Of a DNA stretch of 64,000 bases, positions 46,719-55,646 are shown piece by piece. Source of the DNA: a virus (taxonomy: Duplodnaviria > Caudoviricetes); IMG/VR virus record IMGVR_UViG_3300031992_002338, one strand, 5' to 3'. Position 1 is the stretch's first letter. Each line of letters starts with the position of its first letter. The position numbers and the translations under genes are program-made. The notes under the pieces are model-generated. The model saw only the letters and a list, made by a program, of their open reading frames with translations, had not been told where the DNA came from and searched no databases.

Positions 46719-46936
46719 AGCAATCTATCAAAACCATTTTTTATTCTTCTCCATAGTGAGAACTTAACTTGTTTTTTTCCCTCTAGAACGTCTTTCATAT
46801 CTTGACCCATTGAACTGTTCAACTGCTGTGCAATCGTCCACTGGTGACCCTTTAAGGCTAGTTTATCCATACGTCTCTCACTATCTAGAGACTGTAATTC
46901 TCTACTCATTTCCTTGTTCATAACTATTCGTTTCAA
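46694..46936 (-). CDS. hypothetical protein
   Basis: Operon ORF; start uncertain. Confidence 0.6.
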   Translation of the reverse strand: MKRIVMNKEMSRELQSLDSERRMDKLALKGHQWTIAQQLNSSMGQDMKDVLEGKKQVKFSLWRRIKNGFDRLLWSLSLEQ

Positions 46937-47273
46937 AATAATTTTGAATCGTGTTAATTAACCAGTTACTGCTGCTAACAAATGCCCCATCTAAAAACAC
47001 TGTTATGTACCAATATTCTAATGGCAAATAAACCATAGCCATTGGAGTAAATGATATTGTAGGAATGACTAACAAATTAAGTGCTGACATTCCAAATCCA
47101 AGCCACCACCCACTACATATAAAGCATGAAAGCATTTCATCTAATTGTGGGTGTATCTTTTTTGCGATTTCATGCATTTTATCAAAGCAATGAAATGGTC
47201 CATGAGCATATATTATTGTATTGGCGATACCATAACAAATAATTATATAAATGAATAATATTAACCACTGCAT
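46902..47273 (-). CDS. DUF1360-like membrane protein
   Basis: TM helices with LSCFICSGWW. Confidence 0.6.
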   Translation of the reverse strand: MQWLILFIYIIICYGIANTIIYAHGPFHCFDKMHEIAKKIHPQLDEMLSCFICSGWWLGFGMSALNLLVIPTISFTPMAMVYLPLEYWYITVFLDGAFVSSSNWLINTIQNYFETNSYEQGNE

Positions 47274-48163
47274 ATATTTACTAATTCTTTAATTTTATCT
47301 TCTAATTTATCATTATAATTTATATAGAACAAATTTAAATTATTATCATTGCACAATATAAATTTATTTTTATCTAACATTTTTCTATATTCAAATGCTT
47401 TTTTACCGCCAAAAAATTTTATTGGTTCAAAATGCTGTATACCTTGGCATTCAATAGCTACATTATATTCTGGTAAATAAAAATCCAAACTTTGCCTACC
47501 TAACCATGATAAATCTTTTTTTCTGCAATGCCAAACATATTTTAAATTATTTTTTTCTAATTCTTTAGCAACTTTTTCTTCTAATGAACTATTTTGACAA
47601 TGCGGACACCCAACACCCCTCATATGATGCATGGGATAAGTAAAAAATTCGCCATGTTTGGGGCAAATAACGCATACTTTTGTTTTTTGATTTATATATG
47701 CCGTTTTACTATAATCATACTTCTCACCATATAATTTTTTACAAATTGAAACAAATTCGTTAGTCGTATAATTATGTGTCATAGAACATTTTTTGCAGCC
47801 ACACCCATTAAAATGGTGTTGTGGCGTTTGCCAAAATTCTCCATGAATAGGGCATATTATACAAACTTTGGTTTGATTATTTACATATTCTACTTTAGAA
47901 TAATCATATTTATCGCCATGAATTTGTTTGGCTTTACTTATAAATTCTTCTAATGAATATCTAATACTTCTATGTGAACAGTATGGGCAATTCTGTCCAT
48001 GCAAATGGTCTAATGGGAGTTGTAAAAAATTACCGTGAATTTTACAAACTATTTCAACTGGTTTTTGTGCTGATTCATATACAACTTTGGAATAGTCATA
48101 TTTATCACCATGTACATTTTTAGCTTGCTCTATAAATTCCTCAGTAGTTTTCTTTTTTGACAT
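47261..48163 (-). CDS. Zn-ribbon-repeat (DUF723-like) homing endonuclease
   Basis: Three repeats plus LDFYLPEYNVAIECQGIQH; paralog of 45350-46450. Confidence 0.85.
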   Translation of the reverse strand: MSKKKTTEEFIEQAKNVHGDKYDYSKVVYESAQKPVEIVCKIHGNFLQLPLDHLHGQNCPYCSHRSIRYSLEEFISKAKQIHGDKYDYSKVEYVNNQTKVCIICPIHGEFWQTPQHHFNGCGCKKCSMTHNYTTNEFVSICKKLYGEKYDYSKTAYINQKTKVCVICPKHGEFFTYPMHHMRGVGCPHCQNSSLEEKVAKELEKNNLKYVWHCRKKDLSWLGRQSLDFYLPEYNVAIECQGIQHFEPIKFFGGKKAFEYRKMLDKNKFILCNDNNLNLFYINYNDKLEDKIKELVNICSG

Positions 48164-48645
48164 TACTCTGTAATTGTTTCATCTGCTGGTACTACTTCAG
48201 CATTATTGTCTTCATATACCTCTGTAGGTTTTTCTTCCTCTACTTTCACCTTTTTCTTAACATACTTTCTTTTAGGCTTTGTAGGTTTCTCAATCACAAA
48301 CTGTAGATTCAACAAGTCATCATAAGACGTATTCTGGAACAACTCCTTCAATTCTTCAACCTTATCTTTCAAAAGTTTAAGCTTTAGAACAATGTCTTGG
48401 TTCGCCTTTATTGTTTGTTCAACAAGGTCAAACATTTCCTCGTATGTTGTATCTTTTGAATCAGCGTAGTAATATGTTATATTTGGGTCTGTCTCTGATG
48501 GTGTGACTTTAATTCTGCCATCATCACTTGGGTATGCTTTCCATTTGTTTGGATACGCAACTTTAACCATGATTGCCTCATTATACATTTCGATACCACG
48601 AAAATAGGCTCTCATGTCATTCATTCTCTCTTGTAACGTTTTCAT
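48163..48645 (-). CDS. hypothetical protein
   Basis: Operon ORF with coiled coil. Confidence 0.7.
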   Translation of the reverse strand: MKTLQERMNDMRAYFRGIEMYNEAIMVKVAYPNKWKAYPSDDGRIKVTPSETDPNITYYYADSKDTTYEEMFDLVEQTIKANQDIVLKLKLLKDKVEELKELFQNTSYDDLLNLQFVIEKPTKPKRKYVKKKVKVEEEKPTEVYEDNNAEVVPADETITE

Positions 48646-48840
48646 TTAAAAACCACAAATTAAGATTGTTATTATATACGCAACGGCAGCACCAAATAAT
48701 GCCAAGCCCCTTTCTGAAGAAACTAGTTTACCCTTCTTCAATCTGAAGATTGTAACTGTATGCAAGATTCCTGCCAATACAACAAATATTGCCATAATGA
48801 ACAAGAACACTTTTAATTCTAATAATAAACTGACTATCAT
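48646..48840 (-). CDS. small two-TM membrane protein
   Basis: Two hydrophobic helices. Confidence 0.65.
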   Translation of the reverse strand: MIVSLLLELKVFLFIMAIFVVLAGILHTVTIFRLKKGKLVSSERGLALFGAAVAYIITILICGF

Positions 48841-48936
48841 AACTAATATTTTTTATATTATATTAAATATTTTATTCTTTATAAAAGATAAAAAAAATGC
48901 TTAACAATTAAAGTGTTGTTAAGCATTTATCATCAA

Positions 48937-49803
48937 TTAATAACCACTTTCTGCATCATTAGAAAAATCGCCAGATTTAATCTTTGTATATATTATTCTA
49001 GCAAGTTGCTCACCAAGTGTACTATTAAACCAATTTTCAAATTGTGATGTGTGTAAATCATTTGGATTCATTTGATGCCCAAAACCGCTATGTCCTAATA
49101 CTACATCATCAACTTGGAAGTCTCCGTCAAATGTTCCTCTGAATGACACGGCTTCTGACATACCCTCACCATAATCAGCCTCAAATTCATAATATGAATC
49201 TCCTGTTTCCCATACATATACCTTTCTTAAATCATCTGGTTTTATATGTGAGACATCTGATATTGGGTCTATATCATCATCACCCATTTCATATGGGTCA
49301 CTAGTGCTAGCAAAATCACCGTCTGAATATTGGTTGAAATCTTCTTTTAAAATACGTCTAACAGAGTTTTCAATTATTTGACGTAAATCGCTCTCTGTTA
49401 ATCTTATAATCTTCTTCATGCGTTTTTTATTTTCTACTATATTAGTTTTGGCATATTGACCTTGTGTTGGGTCAATCCAAGCTACATCGTCTAAATTAAC
49501 AACTTTACTATAAACTTTATTACTACCAGCATAACTCATGGCTTCCATCTTAGATGGTGTGACAAATGCACCATTTTTAATTGGATAGGAACTATAAACC
49601 ACAATTTTTCCGCTATTTAACGCATTTATTGCGTCTTTTTTTGAAAAATCTGGAGTTATTCCATATATTTCACCTTCTTCTTGCCAAACCTCTTCATATG
49701 TTTTTATATCAGAAACATCTTTAATCCATGTATGATTGCCTAGTTCTGAATTGAAGGGATTGCCATTAGTTATAAGTTCAAATTGTTTTTGTTTGTCTAC
49801 CAT
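48937..49803 (-). CDS. Two-domain protein: ART-like N-domain, internal RLTESDL motif, acidic C-domain
   Basis: VVYSS..I.NGAFVTPS..EA..YAG..KVY..V...DVAW; internal MKKIIRLTESDLRQIIENSVRRILKE. Confidence 0.7.
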   Translation of the reverse strand: MVDKQKQFELITNGNPFNSELGNHTWIKDVSDIKTYEEVWQEEGEIYGITPDFSKKDAINALNSGKIVVYSSYPIKNGAFVTPSKMEAMSYAGSNKVYSKVVNLDDVAWIDPTQGQYAKTNIVENKKRMKKIIRLTESDLRQIIENSVRRILKEDFNQYSDGDFASTSDPYEMGDDDIDPISDVSHIKPDDLRKVYVWETGDSYYEFEADYGEGMSEAVSFRGTFDGDFQVDDVVLGHSGFGHQMNPNDLHTSQFENWFNSTLGEQLARIIYTKIKSGDFSNDAESGY

Positions 49804-50495
49804 TATTTTGCCAAATCAAACGTAACTGAAGCACCAGCCATTATTCCCCATTGTTTATTTACTATGTCATAACCTGCTGTAAAAGATGGACCCACACTAA
49901 ATCTACTTAGAAACTTACGTTTTCCTTTTTTATTAAAAACTGTAACATTAGATATATTTCCGTTATTGTTAGAACCGATAGTTATATGGTTTATTCCATC
50001 TTCTTCTTTATTTACAATTGTAAATTTATTTTTAGTTCTAACATTTAAAGAATACCAATTGGGTTCTGTATACGAATTTACATTTAACTTATATTGAAAA
50101 GTATCATTTAGCTCACTATTATACTCATATGTTTTTGCCATCAATGTCTCACTAATCTTAATGGTATCAAACACTATGCTGTCTACAATATTCGGTTTAG
50201 TTTCTATTTTACCAGTTTCATATTCTTTTTCGTGAGTAAATTGTACAATGAAATCAATTTTATCTTTGTACTGTTTTAAGGAATCATAGAGTTCTTTATT
50301 TTCTTTTTTTAATTCCTTAAATGTTTTACTGTAATATATTTTGTTATAGTTATTCAAACTGTCATAATATTCAACCTCTTCTATTAATTTTTTAGAAGAT
50401 TCATATTGTTTATTTGAAAACCATATTAAACCGCACGTTACCAAAAACAATGCAAGTACTATGTAAAAACATTTTTCCTTAAATAGTTTTTTCAT
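49803..50495 (-). CDS. Membrane-anchored protein (possible spanin-like)
   Basis: N-terminal TM, coiled coil, C-terminal beta strands FSVGPSFTAGY. Confidence 0.5.
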   Translation of the reverse strand: MKKLFKEKCFYIVLALFLVTCGLIWFSNKQYESSKKLIEEVEYYDSLNNYNKIYYSKTFKELKKENKELYDSLKQYKDKIDFIVQFTHEKEYETGKIETKPNIVDSIVFDTIKISETLMAKTYEYNSELNDTFQYKLNVNSYTEPNWYSLNVRTKNKFTIVNKEEDGINHITIGSNNNGNISNVTVFNKKGKRKFLSRFSVGPSFTAGYDIVNKQWGIMAGASVTFDLAK

Positions 50496-51283
50496 TTTTC
50501 GCTTATATTTTTTCTTTTACTTAGTTGGACTTGCAAATCAAGAAGTTCACTAATTGTATTACCATAAGATTTTAGTTTAGAAGCAATTAAATCATTTGAA
50601 GGTAAAGACTCTAGATTATGAAACGTAACGCCAAGAAAACCAATAGGTCCTTCACTGCCATTTAAATAAATCATTGAAACATATTTTCCACCTTCTTCTT
50701 TTATATATTTTGCAAATTCATAATCCACACTCTCTATTTCATCTATAGTACCAACAAAGAATTTGTTTTTATACATATAATTTGGATATGTATACATATT
50801 TAATGGAACATCTTGGAATTTTTGATAGCACCTAACAACGCCTTTTTCCCTGTTTGTTATTTCGTATGACATATCAGCATATCTGAAAGGCAATCCGCTC
50901 ATATTTTTTTTGCCGTTGTGAAGCTCAAAAATAAATACCCTATCTGCCCCCAATGTATAAAGTAGTACCTCTATATCATGTTGAACTTTTGGAGTAACAA
51001 CAAAATCTCTTAAATCTTCTTCTTCTTTAGAATTTTCTACAATCTTATGCGATGTCTCTTTAATGAACTCTTCATTTTTAACAATATTATAAGCATAAAA
51101 TGCTGTCAATGCGGTGGCTAGAAAGAAAAACGTAACGAAGTAAACTTTAATTATTTTAGTCCATTTTGCATTTGCGATTGTACTTGTAAACCATTTACCA
51201 ACTTGTGTATAAACTGGTTCTTTTTTATCCTCTTTTGGGCTGATATTAATGTTTATATCATTGTTTTTCATTTCAAAATACAA
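50492..51283 (-). CDS. Single-TM protein with GAF-like domain (possible T-type holin)
   Basis: TM ~45-65; ADRVFIFELHNG...PIGFLGV. Confidence 0.45.
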   Translation of the reverse strand: MYFEMKNNDININISPKEDKKEPVYTQVGKWFTSTIANAKWTKIIKVYFVTFFFLATALTAFYAYNIVKNEEFIKETSHKIVENSKEEEDLRDFVVTPKVQHDIEVLLYTLGADRVFIFELHNGKKNMSGLPFRYADMSYEITNREKGVVRCYQKFQDVPLNMYTYPNYMYKNKFFVGTIDEIESVDYEFAKYIKEEGGKYVSMIYLNGSEGPIGFLGVTFHNLESLPSNDLIASKLKSYGNTISELLDLQVQLSKRKNISEK

Positions 51284-51297
51284 ATATTAAATCATTA

Positions 51298-52116
51298 TTA
51301 ATCTATTAACTTTCTAGCCTTTTTGACCATATCAGCAAATTCCTTATCCTCTTGAATTCTGAAATTAGAAGTTGATGTTTTAGCTTCTGCGCTTTTATAA
51401 CCCCAAAGCTGTTTTATTCTCTCCTTCTGCTCATTTACTAGAGTCATGTTAAGCTTCTTAGTTATGTTAGGCTCTTTTGCTGTCCACTCTACCAAATACT
51501 GGTTGTCAGCACCGTCTCTCATAATAAATCTCTTACCTTCAACCTTAAATTCATCTGGTATCATCGTTCTCATATGACCCTCTGAAAGAAATTTGGTGTT
51601 CTTGAAGGAAAGCATCTTAATCTTTTTAGATTCTTCCATTGTTTCCGTATTTTTTTCAATGTCATTTTTATTTAGCTCACGTCCAGTGAGACCAATTTCA
51701 GCAGCTGTATCTTTTCCTTGCTTAACTGCCTTTGCATGTTCTTTGGCTGCATTGTAGATGTTCTCATCTTTATCAAATGTAGCGTTTCCAAACTCATCGT
51801 TCTTGTGTTTGTCTTCAGCATCCTTTGATACATAACCCTTCATCTGGGACTTGATTCTGTCCTTAAAAGGCTTGCTGATATTGTCGTAAGCCAAATCGTG
51901 CATACCCTTATTATCGGTTGCACTTATGCCACCTCCAAGCTTCTTAGTTCCTTTAGAAAGTCCACCATCATAATTATCGGTTTCCTTTTTAATGTCGCTG
52001 TAAGCCTTATCGTTGATTTTTTTCGACTCATCATTTCCAAAAACTACTGGTTTGAATTCGTTTTGACTTTCCTTGATAACTCTTCTCAATTCGCCTACAC
52101 TAATTTTTGTTACCAT
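51298..52116 (-). CDS. Leader-bearing hypothetical protein
   Basis: KISVGELRRVIKES N-terminus. Confidence 0.75.
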   Translation of the reverse strand: MVTKISVGELRRVIKESQNEFKPVVFGNDESKKINDKAYSDIKKETDNYDGGLSKGTKKLGGGISATDNKGMHDLAYDNISKPFKDRIKSQMKGYVSKDAEDKHKNDEFGNATFDKDENIYNAAKEHAKAVKQGKDTAAEIGLTGRELNKNDIEKNTETMEESKKIKMLSFKNTKFLSEGHMRTMIPDEFKVEGKRFIMRDGADNQYLVEWTAKEPNITKKLNMTLVNEQKERIKQLWGYKSAEAKTSTSNFRIQEDKEFADMVKKARKLID

Positions 52117-52123
52117 AATTTAT

Positions 52124-52270
52124 TTAATTAAATTGATTTATGTATAATCCCCTTAATAATTGCTCGAACATTAACTTTGTTCTAGCTTTACCATCAGTCT
52201 CTTCATTAAGCTTATCACTTATCTCCCTGACTTTCTTAATTGTATCTGCATTTGCTTCGTAATCTATCAT
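52124..52270 (-). CDS. 48-aa small protein
   Basis: MIDYEANADTIKKVREISDKLNEE...; overlaps the upstream stop. Confidence 0.55.
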   Translation of the reverse strand: MIDYEANADTIKKVREISDKLNEETDGKARTKLMFEQLLRGLYINQFN

Positions 52271-53028
52271 TGTATATCAAAATCACCTAAATTAAATATA
52301 TGCTCATCAGAATTTGGACAATACTTTTTTAAAAGTGCATTCCAAGGATTTTGACCGTGTGAAGCAGCAATTTTCCCAACCAAACATATTTTGCCATTTA
52401 CTTCAGAAACATATGCTTTTTGGTTTTTTTCCCAAACTTTAGGATTGGCATTCCTATCCTTATATGCTCTTGGGAATTTTTTAATTAAGTCTTTTACACT
52501 CATTTGCTGCCTTTGCTGTTGCATAACTGTTGTATTGGTAGAATCATTTCCTTGTATATGAGAATTTTGTGCATTTGCTTGCATTGGACTCATTGCCATC
52601 ATCCCACCAAGTGCAGCACCTTTCAGCCAATTTCCAATACTTTCGTCTATAACATCATCTACTTTTTTTTTACTTTCAACACGTTGTATTGCCATTGAAC
52701 CGTTTTTAAAGTCCTTGCTTCTCTTTTCAGTTTCACCCATATCAACTTGATTCGTCTTTGCTTGTGTGACATCACCAAGATTATGAGCTTGTCTCATTAT
52801 AGGTTCACTAAATGCATTACCGCCTACTTTTTTTTTGTTTTTTCCGCCAAAAGCGGGTGCATCAATATGGTTTTTAGCTTGGCCAGTTGGGTCTGAAGGC
52901 CCGCCTGCAGGGGAATTAACGCTGAAACTTGATGTTCCACCTAATCCTTCTTCTTTCAAAATTCTATTTACAGTTTCTTTTACAATATTATGTAAATCGC
53001 TTTCTGTAAGTCTTATAATCTTTCTCAT
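52267..53028 (-). CDS. RLTESDL-leader protein
   Basis: MRKIIRLTESDLHNIVKETVNRILKEE; internal DESIGNWLKGAALGGMM; tandem ATATTTATA at 53048-53062. Confidence 0.8.
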   Translation of the reverse strand: MRKIIRLTESDLHNIVKETVNRILKEEGLGGTSSFSVNSPAGGPSDPTGQAKNHIDAPAFGGKNKKKVGGNAFSEPIMRQAHNLGDVTQAKTNQVDMGETEKRSKDFKNGSMAIQRVESKKKVDDVIDESIGNWLKGAALGGMMAMSPMQANAQNSHIQGNDSTNTTVMQQQRQQMSVKDLIKKFPRAYKDRNANPKVWEKNQKAYVSEVNGKICLVGKIAASHGQNPWNALLKKYCPNSDEHIFNLGDFDIQ

Positions 53029-53073
53029 ATTAACGCATTTATTTATATATAAATATAAATATTAGTTAAAATA

Positions 53074-53105
53074 TTTGGTTAATTCAAAGTTTTTTCATAC
53101 CTTTG
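53074..53105 (+). promoter_or_regulatory. Bacteroidota-type promoter
   Basis: TTTG-N20-TACCTTTG. Confidence 0.75.
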
Positions 53106-53137
53106 CAGCGTAAAACAAAAATAAACATTATATTAAT

Positions 53138-53350
53138 ATGGAAAAAATTCAAAAAATGATTAAAGCCTATAATAAAAAGGCTAAAAAATGGGGATATGAT
53201 GAAATTTCAATTGAAAACAATCAAATCAATAAGCCATTTATTGAAAAGACTACAATTGGATGCTCATTTTGGAGGAAAATCAAAATAGCATATCAAAATG
53301 GATACTTAAAAGAAGATTATGAAAAAATTGAAAAAGCACTGAATATTTAA
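53138..53350 (+). CDS. hypothetical protein
   Basis: Has its own promoter and terminator (53333-53362). Confidence 0.7.
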   Translation: MEKIQKMIKAYNKKAKKWGYDEISIENNQINKPFIEKTTIGCSFWRKIKIAYQNGYLKEDYEKIEKALNI

Positions 53351-53365
53351 CTCAGTGCTTTTATT

Positions 53366-53959
53366 TTATCTAATTGTTTTTCTAGGTCTTCTAGATTCAT
53401 CGCTTCTGCCTGCCATCAAGCCATTGTTAGGGTTTGTTGGTTGTATTGGTTTTCCCATTGCATTCAATTTTTGTTGCATTTGTGGCTGTTGCTGTTGTCC
53501 TTGAGTTTGTTGTTGTCCACCTTGTGGCTGTTGCTGTTGTCCTTGAGCTTGTTGTTGATTATTTGCAAATCCGCTATTTACTTGTGTATTGAATTGAGGC
53601 TTAGTATTAGCTACGTTTTGAGCCATTTGGCTAAATTCTTGAGCAGTCTTTGTAAATTGTTGGCTAACTGTGTCTAAGTCGCTTACAACTTGTTGATTTC
53701 CACTTTTTTGAGCCACTTGTTGCATTTGTTGAATAATTTTTTGAACTTGCTGTTCATATTTATTGAAAGATGATGCCCAATTACCAGCTTTATATGTTTG
53801 CCCAACATTAAGATTACCTTGTTTCATACCATTCCAAACATTTTTCAAGCCACCCCAAACACCTTCTTGCATTCCATTTTCTCTAATGTATCCCCTTACA
53901 GCTTCTTCCACAAGGAAATGAAGGTCTTGTTCTGTTAATCTAATTGGTTTCTTATCCAT
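53366..53959 (-). CDS. RLTE-leader Gln-rich protein
   Basis: PIRLTEQDLHFLVEEAVRGYIRE; EGVWGGLK; poly-Q. Confidence 0.8.
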   Translation of the reverse strand: MDKKPIRLTEQDLHFLVEEAVRGYIRENGMQEGVWGGLKNVWNGMKQGNLNVGQTYKAGNWASSFNKYEQQVQKIIQQMQQVAQKSGNQQVVSDLDTVSQQFTKTAQEFSQMAQNVANTKPQFNTQVNSGFANNQQQAQGQQQQPQGGQQQTQGQQQQPQMQQKLNAMGKPIQPTNPNNGLMAGRSDESRRPRKTIR

Positions 53960-53985
53960 TGCCTTTATAAAACGTTTTATATTAA

Positions 53986-54138
53986 TTATTTGCCTATTCT
54001 GTTAACTACTCTATACTCTCCATTTTTTGAAATTGTAGCACCACTATTATCTGGGTTCATTACGAAATTACTACCATCCTTAGTTATGCAACCGTCATCA
54101 AAACCATAAAAGTCTAGTGTTCTAATCTTTTGTTTCAT
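53986..54138 (-). CDS. 50-aa small protein
   Basis: MKQKIRTLDFYGFDDGC...; overlaps the upstream stop. Confidence 0.5.
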   Translation of the reverse strand: MKQKIRTLDFYGFDDGCITKDGSNFVMNPDNSGATISKNGEYRVVNRIGK

Positions 54139-54689
54139 ATTTTTCTATTTTTTATTTTGTTATTATATATGTCAGTTGCTTGTTTAACATATTCAGGCGC
54201 ATCTTCACTACTAATTACCCCCATTGTCAATGGTGAGGCTAACATTGTGTCGATTTGACCTCTCATAGTTAAATCATTTCCTAATTCATTCTTATGCAGC
54301 ATTAAGCCTTTTGATGTATGGTATGCTTCAGCTATTGATGTCAAACTGCTATGCAACTTTCTTAGTTTATCCTTGAAATTCTCCCTAGGAACACTGTACT
54401 TAACATAATACCTTGACGTTTGGCTTCCGTCAGTTTCATCATAAGGCTCACGAATATCTTCTTCCTTTTTGATTACCCCATAATCTAACAGTTTCTTCCT
54501 CAACATTCCATTATGTAAACCATAATCCCTCAATATCTCGCTTGGTTTCGTTCCGATTGGGTCATTTAGTAAACCCTTTATAAACTTTAAAATCTCTTCA
54601 TAAAATGTTTGAAATGGGAGTCCTTTATTTTCTTCATCTTCAGTTAAAACTCTATTGAATGAAGATTCGTTTATATGTATTATTTTCAT
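54135..54689 (-). CDS. Leader-bearing hypothetical protein
   Basis: MKIIHINESSFNRVLTE start overlapping the upstream stop. Confidence 0.7.
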   Translation of the reverse strand: MKIIHINESSFNRVLTEDEENKGLPFQTFYEEILKFIKGLLNDPIGTKPSEILRDYGLHNGMLRKKLLDYGVIKKEEDIREPYDETDGSQTSRYYVKYSVPRENFKDKLRKLHSSLTSIAEAYHTSKGLMLHKNELGNDLTMRGQIDTMLASPLTMGVISSEDAPEYVKQATDIYNNKIKNRKI

Positions 54690-54895
54690 CTTGTAACTCC
54701 CCCCCTCCATGTGCTGCTACGATTCCAAAGAGTCCTAAACAAATCCTCAATAACGTCAGCAGTCACTTCCTTAACTGCCTTCTTGAAATCCCTTGAATCA
54801 TATGAAGATGAAAGCTTTCTAGAAACTATTGCCTCAACATCAGTCTTGCTAATCTCTTCACTTATTATTTGCCTAATCCTTTCGTCTGAAACCAT
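54686..54895 (-). CDS. hypothetical protein
   Basis: Likely start MVSDERIRQIISEE, downstream of ATATTTATA 54916-54924. Confidence 0.65.
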   Translation of the reverse strand: MVSDERIRQIISEEISKTDVEAIVSRKLSSSYDSRDFKKAVKEVTADVIEDLFRTLWNRSSTWRGGVTR

Positions 54896-54978
54896 ATCTA
54901 TATTTATTATATATATATAAATATTAAGATAAACAAAAAATGCAACCATTTCTAGCTGCATTTTTTGTATCGGCTATT

Positions 54979-55455
54979 TCACCATTTTTTATTAACATAT
55001 TCTTGTTGGGAATTAGTTAAATGAGCATTATCACCATATGGTATTGTGTTTGAAAATTCCATTCTGTCCATTCCATTATGATGCTTTTTAAAATTATCAT
55101 CATTTAAATTAGCTAGGTTAGTGCGTTGTTTTTGTTTTCTCAAAACAAAATTTTCTATCATTTCTAAATAAGTTAGCATTTTTCTAGCTTGACCACTTCC
55201 AGTAGAAGTTCCTTTCCAATTTGTATTACCTAATGTGTATGAATTAAGCGAATCGTCATCATTATAAACGTAATTTTCTAAATATTCACGTATTTCTTTT
55301 ATGCTTTTAAGTATTTCATCACTATTATCCAAATATTCAGATTTTCCAGCTGCTGAATCACTTTTTAGCCAGCTTATTTCCGAAATTATCCTTTTAGTAG
55401 ATTCTTTCACAATCTTATGAAGGTCATTCTCTGTTAATCTAACTATTTTTTTCAT
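54979..55455 (-). CDS. RLTE-leader protein
   Basis: MKKIVRLTENDLHKIVKESTKRIISE. Confidence 0.8.
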   Translation of the reverse strand: MKKIVRLTENDLHKIVKESTKRIISEISWLKSDSAAGKSEYLDNSDEILKSIKEIREYLENYVYNDDDSLNSYTLGNTNWKGTSTGSGQARKMLTYLEMIENFVLRKQKQRTNLANLNDDNFKKHHNGMDRMEFSNTIPYGDNAHLTNSQQEYVNKKW

Positions 55456-55493
55456 ATTTATCTCTTTATTTTATACATAAATATTAAGATAAA

Positions 55494-55524
55494 CAAAAAA
55501 GGATGCTAAAAATAGCATCCTTTT
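55494..55524 (-). terminator. Intrinsic terminator
   Basis: AAAAGGATGCTA/TAGCATCCTTTT. Confidence 0.7.
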
Positions 55525-55531
55525 AGTCGTA

Positions 55532-55567
55532 TGAACTCACCCCCACCTAAAGGTAGGGGACTTCTTG
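55532..55567 (-). mobile_element. Possible IS200/IS605-family end remnant
   Basis: AGAAGTCCCCTACCTTTAGGTGGGGGTGAGTTCA GC-rich hairpin, no transposase nearby. Confidence 0.45.
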
Positions 55568-55594
55568 TGATAAATGATTAAAATTTTCTAAATG

Positions 55595-55646
55595 CAAATA
55601 TACGAAAAAAAGTTGAACTGACAAAATATCAATTCAACTTTTAGCT
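55595..55646 (-). promoter_or_regulatory. Promoter overlapping a terminator hairpin
   Basis: TTTG-N19-TATATTTG; AAAAGTTGAA/TTCAACTTTT. Confidence 0.7.

Noticed and set aside
53480-53560. Short tandem repeats tgtggctgttgctgttgtccttgag
   Set aside because: Explained by the poly-Gln coding region of 53366-53959.
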